Shown: positions 48,616 through 57,631 of the stretch, piece after piece | Layout of the letters: each line of letters opens with the position of its first letter | How positions within the stretch are numbered: position 1 is the first letter of the stretch | From: Giardia intestinalis | Taxonomy: Eukaryota | Length of the DNA: 64,000 nucleotides | NCBI GenBank assembly: GCA_000002435.2 | Contig: CM018791.1 | Direction: 5' to 3' (one strand) | The notes under the pieces: generated by a model | What the model was told of the DNA's origin: nothing | The model's database searches: none | What the model saw: the letters and a program-made list of their open reading frames with translations, nothing else | Program-made: the position numbers and the translations under genes

Positions 48616-49779
48616 ATGATTGCGCCACGCCTGTCTATGCCAGCTATAGTGAACGCTCAGTCTCTCGTTGCTAAGCTTCGTCAGCTGAACTGTGAGAAGA
48701 ACTACTGTCATCCCAACAACCTTCCTGGCTTTACTGCGTCGGCATTCTACAAGGAGTCGTCCAGCCCGCTTGACCAGCTAGTGCAGACCGCGCGTCTCTG
48801 TCACTGGCTTCTTTCCCAGCTTGGTATTTCTGTCCAGGGGGTCAGCGAATTTGACGACCCCATTGCCATTTCCACTGACCTATTGGTTGCTTGCAAAGAT
48901 ATAGTTAACGTAGCGAACATTCCACCTCACCGCATAAGAATGGGGTACGGAGACGACCTTACAGCTCTGGTTTTGGGGATTGCCGATGCATGTCTAGCCA
49001 AATTGCAGCCAAACATTGTTTCTTGGAAATCACTAGGCTCAGAAAACGCTAATGCCGGGGTAGAACGAGATAATGACGACGATGACGCCCCCATCTTGGA
49101 CGATCTCATTGTGGACGATGCACTCATAGGCACCATGACTGCTAAAAAAGGAACATTTACAACCGCAGCTGGATTGGCAACTGGTTCCCTGACAACTGAT
49201 TCTGGCTGTATTGCCCCAGGGCTTATATCCGAAGCAGACTGGGAACAGGAGCTCATGGCTGTGGACAGTCAGCTGGGAGGCAAGCAGCTGGGAGGGGTCT
49301 ATGCTGGACAGGATTGGCGCAAGGATGTTGTTTCCATGTCACTCCTTGCTAAGGCCCTGTCAAAGGAGACAGGGTCGTGCGCTCAATCCATCAGTGGCCT
49401 TGTGACAGACTTTGGCAAGCAACTAGAGCGTATTTCCACGCGTGAGCAGCATCTTAATAGCCAGGTAGGCCAGTATAGCGCAAAGCTGGGAGACGCTAAT
49501 AGAACTCATGCTGGAGTAACGGAAGAACTTGCTGAACTTTCTCAATCGATTTCAGCCTTAACTGGGGAGCTATCTACAATAAACGAGAAACTCCGAGCCC
49601 TCAAGGTTGAGCTACAAGTGGAATCAGCCCGTGCCTCTGACACAAGCAACATCCACATTGTGAAGACAGCATTTTCATCCCTTTCTGGAGAGATTAGGCA
49701 GCTGGATCTGCGCATCACATTGGCGCAACAACGCCTGTTCTCTATTGCTCCACCAGAGCCCAACACTGTCAGGATATGA
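48616..49779 (+). CDS. IFT57: Intraflagellar transport protein IFT57 homologue, about 387 aa.
   Basis: The track ORF starts at GTG 48589. The first in-frame ATGs are at 48616 and 48637. VAKLRQLNCEKNYC...RMGYGDDLTALVLGIADACLAKL matches human IFT57 (LRLLNYEEEFC...KSGYGEHVCYVLDCLAEEALK, from memory). QDWRKDV matches KDWRIHV. The C-terminal coiled coil (LERISTREQHLNSQVGQY...) matches LEKISSREKYINNQLENL. The ORF's first codon overlaps the stop of the upstream gene. Confidence 0.75.
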   Translation: MIAPRLSMPAIVNAQSLVAKLRQLNCEKNYCHPNNLPGFTASAFYKESSSPLDQLVQTARLCHWLLSQLGISVQGVSEFDDPIAISTDLLVACKDIVNVANIPPHRIRMGYGDDLTALVLGIADACLAKLQPNIVSWKSLGSENANAGVERDNDDDDAPILDDLIVDDALIGTMTAKKGTFTTAAGLATGSLTTDSGCIAPGLISEADWEQELMAVDSQLGGKQLGGVYAGQDWRKDVVSMSLLAKALSKETGSCAQSISGLVTDFGKQLERISTREQHLNSQVGQYSAKLGDANRTHAGVTEELAELSQSISALTGELSTINEKLRALKVELQVESARASDTSNIHIVKTAFSSLSGEIRQLDLRITLAQQRLFSIAPPEPNTVRI

Positions 49780-49782
49780 GAA

Positions 49783-51768
49783 CTAGTACTCAGTAGCTAT
49801 GTCAGAGCCCGTGTCGCTTGTTAGAGTCGCTTTTCCCGTACTGCTAGTCGCACTAGACTCTTGCGATCGCACGTTCTTAGTTTCATGAATAGCGGACTTG
49901 CGTTTTGGAATGTTGGACAAGCTTCTATCAGAAAGCGCCATTATCTTAGGTGGATGGCGTCTTCTTATGCTCGTTTCACTCCGTCCCACCTCTCTTTCAC
50001 TCGATGTACATTTGCCCCCTTTATTATTCGTATTACTTGCTCTTCTATTGCCAGAAGAGCTACTCTTGCTGCTAGACCCATTAGTCTGTGCAATGCAACT
50101 GTGTATGAAACCGCAAGCTGGTTGATATACAGCGATAGCCGGGTCATTCAAGATCTTTAGCAATGTTCTTCCTTCGTCTTCTTGTGCGCTCTTTTCTATC
50201 TCCAATCCACATGGCTTCCACCGCTGCATCACCTGAGTGAACATGTTCAGTCTTGTCACAACTGGCTGATCCGCTTTCAACCCATTCCACCGGAGCTCTG
50301 TCGAAGGGACCTTGGCATCGGGTCTGCCAGTAAACAAAAGATCCGTGGAAGGTCGTTTTCCGGACCTTGCCTCCGAGTATGCTTTCCACAGCTTATCACG
50401 GTACGCCCTGGGCGGCGGAAAGAGCTTATCAATCGTCAGGTCCATGAGGTCATCCAGCATCTTGGGAAGAAGCTCCCATGAGACAACAGATGACAGGGCT
50501 AAGCAAGGGTTGCTATTAATCTCTATGAGAATAGGGCGATATCCATTACTCTTGCAATCTATCATGAAGTCAAAGCCAAACAACTCGAAGCATCCGTCGC
50601 ATGCATGTGCACCCAGCACAGCTTTGCCAAACGCAACAAGAACCGCGGCCATAATACGCTTCATGACTGGCCATATGAAGCTTGTGAAGTGTGTTTTGGA
50701 AAGGCTATCATCGGAAACACTCATCTGCACGTCGAGGTCTCTGAAGTGCAGCATATTACCATCCTCAAACTGATTGTAACCGTGGATGTTTTTCTGCACT
50801 GCGTTGTTCGTTAAGTGTACTGTTGTATCAGTTGTGTCCAGAGAATATTTGGCAGAAGTAAGGCGTAAGTAGCCATATTCATAGATATATGCATTCCCAT
50901 CCGAGGTGATTAACGCATATGTGCGTATGTCAAATTTCCGCCCGTTAATAAGGAACGGCTCCTCTACATACTTCTGAACAATGAAAGACATAGACGTGGT
51001 GATATTGGTAATTTTGTCAAGAGTAGGAACATCATCTGACTGCTGTTCGAGATTCTCTGCCTTGTTAGCTTTGGTTTTCTGCTCTTCCCTTGCACGCTCT
51101 TGGCATCCCTTCATGTGCTCTATGGCATCTTCCGGATTGGTGACAACTTTTATTCCTCTACCCCTGTTAAGACCGATTGGTTTCACAATCCAAAGGTTTC
51201 TCATGTTAGTTTGGTAAGGGGTCGAAGATAACTCAACGTTGATTGATGACTTAGATCGTACTGCTTGCTCTTCTGCACAGGCAGATTCCACGACCAAATC
51301 TTTGTCGGCTTTCTTAGCTGGCTCTCCTGCTCCCACATTCTCTGTGCATTGGGAGGCCTTATACCGGTCAATGACAGAAGCAAGTGCTGCAAAATGACGT
51401 CTAAATTTGTCTCTCTCGTGGGGCACAGTAAGAATATATGTCACAGGTAAGAAGTCTAGTGCTGGCTTACCAAGTTTGCGTAGAAGAATTTGGTATAGCG
51501 ACACCTTAGAATGCAGAGTGCCATTGCCTGGCAGATGATTAAAAACGGTCCTCCGCATAGTGGAGCACATACTAGCAAATCGCATAGGCGCTGGAGTTAA
51601 CTGCTGCCACCTCAAGTTGAAGTCATTCTCATCGTCTGTCGAAGTCCACCATGGGCGAGACTTTAGGACCTGCTCCACGAGTGCTGCATTGTTCCCGGGT
51701 CCAAAGGAGTATTTACAAACAATATAGCTGTGTTTGATGCCGTCTAATGCTGTAATATCATTATTCAT
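49783..51768 (-). CDS. Tubulin tyrosine ligase-like (TTLL) family protein, about 662 aa.
   Basis: The track start at 51867 is GTG. The first ATG is at 51766-51768 (MNNDITALDGIKH...). TTL-domain signatures are present: LWIVKPIGLNRGRGIKVV, HLTNNAVQK and FELFGFDFMID...ILIEINSNP. The ATG sits inside the last codons of the upstream WD gene (aATGAATAA). Confidence 0.8.
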   Translation of the reverse strand: MNNDITALDGIKHSYIVCKYSFGPGNNAALVEQVLKSRPWWTSTDDENDFNLRWQQLTPAPMRFASMCSTMRRTVFNHLPGNGTLHSKVSLYQILLRKLGKPALDFLPVTYILTVPHERDKFRRHFAALASVIDRYKASQCTENVGAGEPAKKADKDLVVESACAEEQAVRSKSSINVELSSTPYQTNMRNLWIVKPIGLNRGRGIKVVTNPEDAIEHMKGCQERAREEQKTKANKAENLEQQSDDVPTLDKITNITTSMSFIVQKYVEEPFLINGRKFDIRTYALITSDGNAYIYEYGYLRLTSAKYSLDTTDTTVHLTNNAVQKNIHGYNQFEDGNMLHFRDLDVQMSVSDDSLSKTHFTSFIWPVMKRIMAAVLVAFGKAVLGAHACDGCFELFGFDFMIDCKSNGYRPILIEINSNPCLALSSVVSWELLPKMLDDLMDLTIDKLFPPPRAYRDKLWKAYSEARSGKRPSTDLLFTGRPDAKVPSTELRWNGLKADQPVVTRLNMFTQVMQRWKPCGLEIEKSAQEDEGRTLLKILNDPAIAVYQPACGFIHSCIAQTNGSSSKSSSSGNRRASNTNNKGGKCTSSEREVGRSETSIRRRHPPKIMALSDRSLSNIPKRKSAIHETKNVRSQESSATSSTGKATLTSDTGSDIATEY

Positions 51769-53119
51769 TAAGATTTTTATTTTCAGCCTTAGATTGTTGG
51801 TTTTTATGATTCCTATCTTGCACTGCTCGGACTCCCATGCGGTAAAGATGAAGCGTAGTGCTATCACTAGACACTAACACCAGTCCCTGATTTTCTAGTT
51901 CCAAAACGTTTGGCTTGAGATATACGGCCCGAGCGTTTCGGCCGATTTTGTGAGGTCTTTTGTAAATGTAACTTAAACGTTGTCTATAGTCCTTTTGGCT
52001 CACCACACTCAAGGGAAGAGCGTCCTCATTAGCACCAGCAGATCCCTTTGACTGTCCACGACCAATAGTTAGTAGACATGGCGTGCTCTTTGGTGACTCG
52101 GATCGATTTGGAAGCAGATTGCAGGCTAAGATATCACATATAGTCGACACTGAGAACTCATCTGCACACTCTATAACACGAAAGGTATCATCTAAGGCTA
52201 TCCGGAACAACCCCTTACTTGTGAGGATTGCCCATTCACACGAAGTAGAGTGTATTTTAGCTTGTATCTCCAGGTAGCTAGCAGCGTCTAAGGCTGTATT
52301 CAAAAGTACTAGACTCTCTGCACAAGACGGCAGCATATTGGCACTAGTCACCGGGCGACAATTGTATCTAAGGTCCCACAGAGACAGGAACGTGCCACTG
52401 GCCGACACAAAGTAGCTAGGATTGGGGGTGAATCGAGCCAGTGCAACAGGGAAGGTAGACCCGGCGTTTTCGCAAGAGTATAGACAGAGGGGTCTCTGGG
52501 CTTTCTGTGACCACATGTGCACTTGGCCGCTTCTGTTTGCACTGATGAAAATGTCATTCTGGGGCTCATATGAAATGGAAGTAATTCCAGTAGCACTGCC
52601 TACGAAGGTTTGCACAGTCATAGCTCTTTCATATAAGTTCAGCTTGATTAGATGATCATCAGAGCCACTAAGGAAATGTGTTGGCCGATCTGTACTTTGT
52701 GTTCCCTGTGCACGAAACGAATGCAGAACGGAAATCCTGTTGCTGTGTAGTTGGTGAAAGATAGAAGCCTTCTGTAGGTCGGTGTTAAATTCTATTACAG
52801 AGTGTGACGCTGTCCCCACTAAGAATCTATTCGAGTTGACCTGCTCTAAAGTGGCTATCGGCTCCACCAAAGTGAACTCCCGTATCCGCTTCAGTAATAA
52901 ATCCGTGTGGACTCGAATGGGAGCTTGGCTTGCAAATTGATAGCTCGCAGCAGTATAGCTTTGTGGCTTCAACGCAAGCAAGCCATGCTCAGAGCTTACA
53001 ACGAATCTTGGGAACTTTGCAGATGAAGGCGTTGGACCTATCCCAAAGTCATCAATGTCAACTTCGGGACAATAGAATCTAGCTAGCTGTGTGTAAATAT
53101 CTCTTTCGTTGGACCCCAT
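51761..53119 (-). CDS. Putative WD40-repeat protein, 452 aa.
   Basis: ATG (cat) at 53117-53119. WD-like repeat ends are present (SGSDDHLIKLNL, SGQVHMWS, FLSLWDLR). No further family assignment was possible. Confidence 0.55.
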   Translation of the reverse strand: MGSNERDIYTQLARFYCPEVDIDDFGIGPTPSSAKFPRFVVSSEHGLLALKPQSYTAASYQFASQAPIRVHTDLLLKRIREFTLVEPIATLEQVNSNRFLVGTASHSVIEFNTDLQKASIFHQLHSNRISVLHSFRAQGTQSTDRPTHFLSGSDDHLIKLNLYERAMTVQTFVGSATGITSISYEPQNDIFISANRSGQVHMWSQKAQRPLCLYSCENAGSTFPVALARFTPNPSYFVSASGTFLSLWDLRYNCRPVTSANMLPSCAESLVLLNTALDAASYLEIQAKIHSTSCEWAILTSKGLFRIALDDTFRVIECADEFSVSTICDILACNLLPNRSESPKSTPCLLTIGRGQSKGSAGANEDALPLSVVSQKDYRQRLSYIYKRPHKIGRNARAVYLKPNVLELENQGLVLVSSDSTTLHLYRMGVRAVQDRNHKNQQSKAENKNLNE

Positions 53120-53168
53120 AAGTTATCTTTCGGGACGTGTGATGATCCATTTGAAAAGAAACCTTAAA

Positions 53169-55475
53169 ATGAAAGGCCTGTCGATCTCCTCCTTTTCCCA
53201 AGCCGAGGTGGATTTCGGCACGCGCCTCTTCAAGTTCCTGGCCACCAATGGAGAGTATGTCACTGCAGACCAAATGGGAGCGTTTTTACGTCAATCTAAT
53301 CTGGGAAACCAACGACTTTCGCCTTTGTGGGAGAAGACGATAGGTGCTAGTCGCAAGAACTTCCAATTGGTTGACACACTTTATCTCTTAAGAATGCTAG
53401 CTATGGTACAGCAGGGAAAGGAGCTTGACGATGAGGTTCTCTCAGGTAATTCGTTTGAATGCCTCGCTGACCTGTCGTTCTTTCCTTTTGATAGCGGATT
53501 TGATGTCGACAGCATTGAGGATTCTCAACCCTCAACTCCAACGGGCAGCGTTTATCTGAAGAACCAAGGATCCAATGAGTCTCCTTTACGTGATGCCTCA
53601 CGCCTGCAAAATGTCCAGCAAGTGACTGATTTGAGCATTTCTCGGTGTATTAGTTTGAATAACGAGGCCACAGCTGACCCGGCGCCCACAGAAAGCATGG
53701 CTTCTATCATGCATGCTGGGGTGGATGATCTGGCCAGTCATGACCTCGCAGAGCATCCTGGGACAGCCTCCCACTTGTTTCTAACCGATAGTACTGTACC
53801 TCCTGCTTTGTCTCACGCTAGTGATAGACACAGCGATGCAAGGGAGTCAGTTGATGCACGTGCGCAGCAAGACGATACGGCTGAGAATTCCAAGCAACAC
53901 TTGCCGCATGCGAGCTCTCCTGTACCAGTTGTTGCGTCTTCCATGGTACCTACTGGAAACTCCAGTATCTTGTCGTCTTTCGTTGAAATTGCAAAACACT
54001 TTCAAGGAGCACTTCTTCAGACTCAGGAGATGGTAGATAGGGTTATTGATGCTAGTAATCCACTGGGAGGATTGATCGTAGTCCCGCCAGAGCAGATTGT
54101 TGTATTGAAGAAAAGACTTTCCGAAATGAGTAAGAAACTAATTGATCAACTTAATACATTGTCTGATCAGGGCTTCACCAGCTCGCTGAGTTCATGCTTG
54201 AAGGGCCTCGAGTCTTTATCTAACGCCCTTACAATGCTCATCTCCAAAGAGAAGCAAGTAATTAAGATGACTAATGAGATTATCTGCTATTTAGATGGCT
54301 CTGACAGTGAAGAGGGACCACAAGTTAATGATTCACAAGGAACTTGTGTCAGAGGCACTTCTACTGACGGCTCAGAAACAGATGAAAAGTGCACTCAGGA
54401 CTGCTCTGAAGTGGATAACGGGAACACTTATGAGAAGCTAAAGAGCAGCAAGGGTACTTTTTCTTCACATTCAGAGAACATTCTCTCCACCGCTGCCTCT
54501 ATTTTTCCCGCTGCAACTGCTGCCTCATCATCGGCGACTTATCAGGACGGTGAGAAGCTTCCTCCTGTGCACCCTCCCCTGCACCTCACTTCAGCCAAGA
54601 AGAAGAGTCTCATCAAGTTGGTCCAGGATACAAGAGAGGTGGTTGACAAAGCACGGAACGTCGAGGCCTCCTATGCACGTGCTCAGGAGGCTAACCGTAT
54701 GTACAAGAGCTTCTCAGAGTCATTAGAGACCCTGTTGCAGACAGAACTAGAGACAAATACTAACTTGGAGGAACAGCAGAAAAAGCTAGAGAAAAAGGCA
54801 AATGAGAAAACTCAATTGATAACTAAGCAACTGGAACAGTTGAAAAGCATTCTTTCTGAGCAAGCAATTATGTTTACAAGTATCTTAAGCGCCAAATTAT
54901 CGTCCCCGAACTTCATGGATCAATTAAACTTATTCACCATTGACCTAGCTGACAAGGCCGTTTCCGAAATGAGCAGGGTACTGGCTGAAGCGCCCAAGCT
55001 GGAATCTTTATCTGTTGAACTGAAAAATCTTGCACAGGCAAGATTTGTGAAGGAATCGGCACAAGGTCACACTATTCCATTAGAGATTCCTGAGACACCA
55101 GGGAGCGATTCTGGCCAACACCGTGGATCTCAGAGTTCCTACAACACGTTCTCTCATAAGGTAACAAGTACGAGAGCCGAACTTGTTGCCCAGCAGACCA
55201 TCAGATCCATTGTACGTGATGAATTGCGGTCTCTCAAGGGAGAGCTAATAGAGGAGATCAAGACGATGATTTGTGGGATAATTGGAGGGGAAGCAGGTGT
55301 CCGAGGTAACCCTGATGGCTCTATCCCTCAGGCAGATGCTGCTTTGGCTCCGGTTGAATCGGGGCGACTCCATCCAGGTAGTGGTAACAGCATTGCAAAT
55401 ACACCATCTTTGCCCGTGGCTGATCGGCTGAAGCCCTGGACTTATCATTTTGGCTCCAACATGCCATCTTCTTAG
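53169..55475 (+). CDS. Hypothetical protein with a possible EH/EF-hand-like N-terminus and a long coiled-coil C-terminus, about 768 aa.
   Basis: The track start at 53109 is TTG. In-frame ATGs are at 53142 and 53169. 53169 was preferred because of the AT-rich gaaaagaaaccttaaaATG context; 53142 remains an alternative. Heptad-rich regions occur around LEEQQKKLEKKANEKTQLITKQLEQLK. Confidence 0.5.
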   Translation: MKGLSISSFSQAEVDFGTRLFKFLATNGEYVTADQMGAFLRQSNLGNQRLSPLWEKTIGASRKNFQLVDTLYLLRMLAMVQQGKELDDEVLSGNSFECLADLSFFPFDSGFDVDSIEDSQPSTPTGSVYLKNQGSNESPLRDASRLQNVQQVTDLSISRCISLNNEATADPAPTESMASIMHAGVDDLASHDLAEHPGTASHLFLTDSTVPPALSHASDRHSDARESVDARAQQDDTAENSKQHLPHASSPVPVVASSMVPTGNSSILSSFVEIAKHFQGALLQTQEMVDRVIDASNPLGGLIVVPPEQIVVLKKRLSEMSKKLIDQLNTLSDQGFTSSLSSCLKGLESLSNALTMLISKEKQVIKMTNEIICYLDGSDSEEGPQVNDSQGTCVRGTSTDGSETDEKCTQDCSEVDNGNTYEKLKSSKGTFSSHSENILSTAASIFPAATAASSSATYQDGEKLPPVHPPLHLTSAKKKSLIKLVQDTREVVDKARNVEASYARAQEANRMYKSFSESLETLLQTELETNTNLEEQQKKLEKKANEKTQLITKQLEQLKSILSEQAIMFTSILSAKLSSPNFMDQLNLFTIDLADKAVSEMSRVLAEAPKLESLSVELKNLAQARFVKESAQGHTIPLEIPETPGSDSGQHRGSQSSYNTFSHKVTSTRAELVAQQTIRSIVRDELRSLKGELIEEIKTMICGIIGGEAGVRGNPDGSIPQADAALAPVESGRLHPGSGNSIANTPSLPVADRLKPWTYHFGSNMPSS

Positions 55476-55513
55476 CAGAAATGCACGGTAAAAAGCCTGA
55501 ACTGGAGTAAAAA

Positions 55514-56284
55514 ATGCCAGCCTTGACAAGGGAGGAGCTCGAGGCCAGAAAGCGTGCTAGGAACAGCCGCATCATGGAGAGCCGCGTGGACCGCATGGCC
55601 CTTGTCCAAGACACAACTGCCGACAGGGTCACCATGCCCGAAGAGTACTATCGGGAGCCGCAAAGTAGAGGGGGTGAGCAGTCTAGGAGTGGCCAACAAC
55701 AGGGGCCTGGAACACAGAGATCCACCGGGAATGAGTTCATGGACTCAATGCTGCACGGTAACATGAACTTTTCTGAACTCTTAAATTCATTGAGTCCTGA
55801 GGTGAGGCAAGCTCTGGAAAGCGGAAGCATGGTCCAGCTGCTGTCAAGCTTACGGAGTATGCTACCGAATGTGTCCAATAACTCAGAGGAAGCCAAGAAG
55901 CAGAAGAAGGCGAGTCTACTGGCAATGTATCTAAGCATTGCATTCTATGTGTTGGCTGCATTTTCCTCCCTTGTTAGGATGTGCGTTGCATACTATGCAA
56001 CTTCTAATACTGCGCGCTGGATCACAGAACACACTGTTGGACCCCTCTTCGCTTTCTTTCATACTGTCGAGAGCATAGAAGACTTTCCTCAAATAAAATT
56101 TAAATTGGGATTGCTCCAGCTCATTATGTTGTTCCTTATGGCGTACTATGGATTAGTGTACAAGGTAGCAGGAATGGGACTTATGTCCTTCTTAGGTCTT
56201 CTTTTCAAGGGTGTTCTCAGCATTACAGTGGTTCATATTCTCGTGTACACTATACTGTGGTGTATAGTTTACGTTGGTCACTAG
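55514..56284 (+). CDS. Candidate Get2/CAML-like receptor for tail-anchored-protein insertion, 256 aa (tentative).
   Basis: ATG at 55514 after gagtaaaaaATG. The N-terminal basic motif REELEARKRARNSRIMESRVDRMAL resembles the Get3-binding motif of CAML ([23 protein letters not shown], from memory). There are exactly three C-terminal hydrophobic helices (ASLLAMYLSIAFYVLAAF, LLQLIMLFLMAYYGLVYKVAGMGLMSFLGLLF, VLSITVVHILVYTILWCIVYV), as in Get2/CAML. Confidence 0.45.
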   Translation: MPALTREELEARKRARNSRIMESRVDRMALVQDTTADRVTMPEEYYREPQSRGGEQSRSGQQQGPGTQRSTGNEFMDSMLHGNMNFSELLNSLSPEVRQALESGSMVQLLSSLRSMLPNVSNNSEEAKKQKKASLLAMYLSIAFYVLAAFSSLVRMCVAYYATSNTARWITEHTVGPLFAFFHTVESIEDFPQIKFKLGLLQLIMLFLMAYYGLVYKVAGMGLMSFLGLLFKGVLSITVVHILVYTILWCIVYVGH

Positions 56285-57277
56285 TTCTGGAGTCGCTGAT
56301 GATATATTACTGATACCTCCATAAATAGACTCATAATAGCGTAGAGGGATGGCCCACAGGTCGCATAGGTAGTTTCCTGCTTGATCTAATCCACCATATA
56401 CAAGTATATTGTCTCCAGCAATAACCCCAGCACAGTTGTAACGGTGAGGAACTTCCCAATACCCAGATCCAGGCACAGGGGAGGGGAGTCCGCAGTCAGA
56501 AGAGGACATCCAGACGTCGGCTTCCATGTTATAAAAGGTTATGTCTCTTGCCTGCCTATCGTCTTCTGTAAACCCAAGAATAAATATCAAATACTCCCTC
56601 CACAAGAAGGACATGTGACGGTAGCGTGGCTTTGGCATTGCTCTCTTTGTCCAGGTGCAGTGGTCTAGATGATACTCGTAGATAACTGCAGATGGTGTCC
56701 GCCCACCAGCCAATCCGCCAATAAACCATATGCTGTCGGAGTGGTACACCAAAGTAAAGTCTGTCAATCCGTCAGGTATTGTAGTATCCACCCTGTGGCA
56801 GTATCCCGTGCGTATGTCTATCACATATGCATCGTACAGGGACGTGTAGCTCTTATCCTTTCCTCCTGCAAGGAATACAAAGTCATCTCCGATGGAGCAA
56901 CAGGAGTGTAGTTGCCTCGGACAGATAATATGGTTCTGCAGGCGTACCCTGCTTGCACGCACAGTAGTCCCGGTCACCTGTAGATAGAAGAAGAACATGG
57001 AATCATTCAAGCATCCCAATCTGGGATTACTTCCGCCGTGCAAGAATAGTCCGCAGCGATTCAGGAGTGAGCACATGGCATAGTTCTGTCTTGGGTGAAC
57101 AATGTCCGGTGCCCGAATTGTGGCTAGCTCAGCCACATTCTTGCTTATCAGGTACATCTTTGAGCTGACTCCGTTGGGGCCCTGCCCCGTACCGATAACC
57201 ACAGGGCCCTCCGGAGTCGATGCTGCTTGCATGCATGCCCGCGGCTCTAAATCTGTCGCTAAACAGATCCCCAACAT
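56192..57277 (-). CDS. Putative kelch-repeat (beta-propeller) protein, 361 aa.
   Basis: ATG (cat) at 57275-57277. Repeated kelch-like blades are present (FVFLAGG...YDAYVIDIRTGYC, IWFIGGLAGG...YEYHLDHCTWT, ILVYGGLDQAGNYLCDLW). Its 3' end overlaps the 3' end of the 55514..56284 gene by 93 nt. Confidence 0.5.
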   Translation of the reverse strand: MLGICLATDLEPRACMQAASTPEGPVVIGTGQGPNGVSSKMYLISKNVAELATIRAPDIVHPRQNYAMCSLLNRCGLFLHGGSNPRLGCLNDSMFFFYLQVTGTTVRASRVRLQNHIICPRQLHSCCSIGDDFVFLAGGKDKSYTSLYDAYVIDIRTGYCHRVDTTIPDGLTDFTLVYHSDSIWFIGGLAGGRTPSAVIYEYHLDHCTWTKRAMPKPRYRHMSFLWREYLIFILGFTEDDRQARDITFYNMEADVWMSSSDCGLPSPVPGSGYWEVPHRYNCAGVIAGDNILVYGGLDQAGNYLCDLWAIPLRYYESIYGGISNISSATPELVTNVNYTPQYSVHENMNHCNAENTLEKKT

Positions 57278-57631
57278 CGTGTATCGTTCGTTCGTGTCAC
57301 AAGCACCAATTGGCGAAAAAAGTACTCAGGATAAACTTGTCAGTAAGTGATTTACAAACGTTGATGTCAGCTCTACTCCCGATGACTGTTGCAGAGCAAG
57401 CCTTCTGGGCCTAAAGTTTATCACTTCTATTAACGAATTTACTGGTCCTGTTGAAGGTAGAACCAACAAAATGCCCACTGTATACCGACTCAAAGTCTAT
57501 AAGAGTGTCAATGTGTTTATGCTCACGATAGTAAGCGTGCTACAGGTAGTTGGCAAAGTATGGGCGTATACCTTGCGAACCTGGTTAGTCAAATCTTTTC
57601 AATCATTGCAAATTCAACAGGGGCTTTTTAA

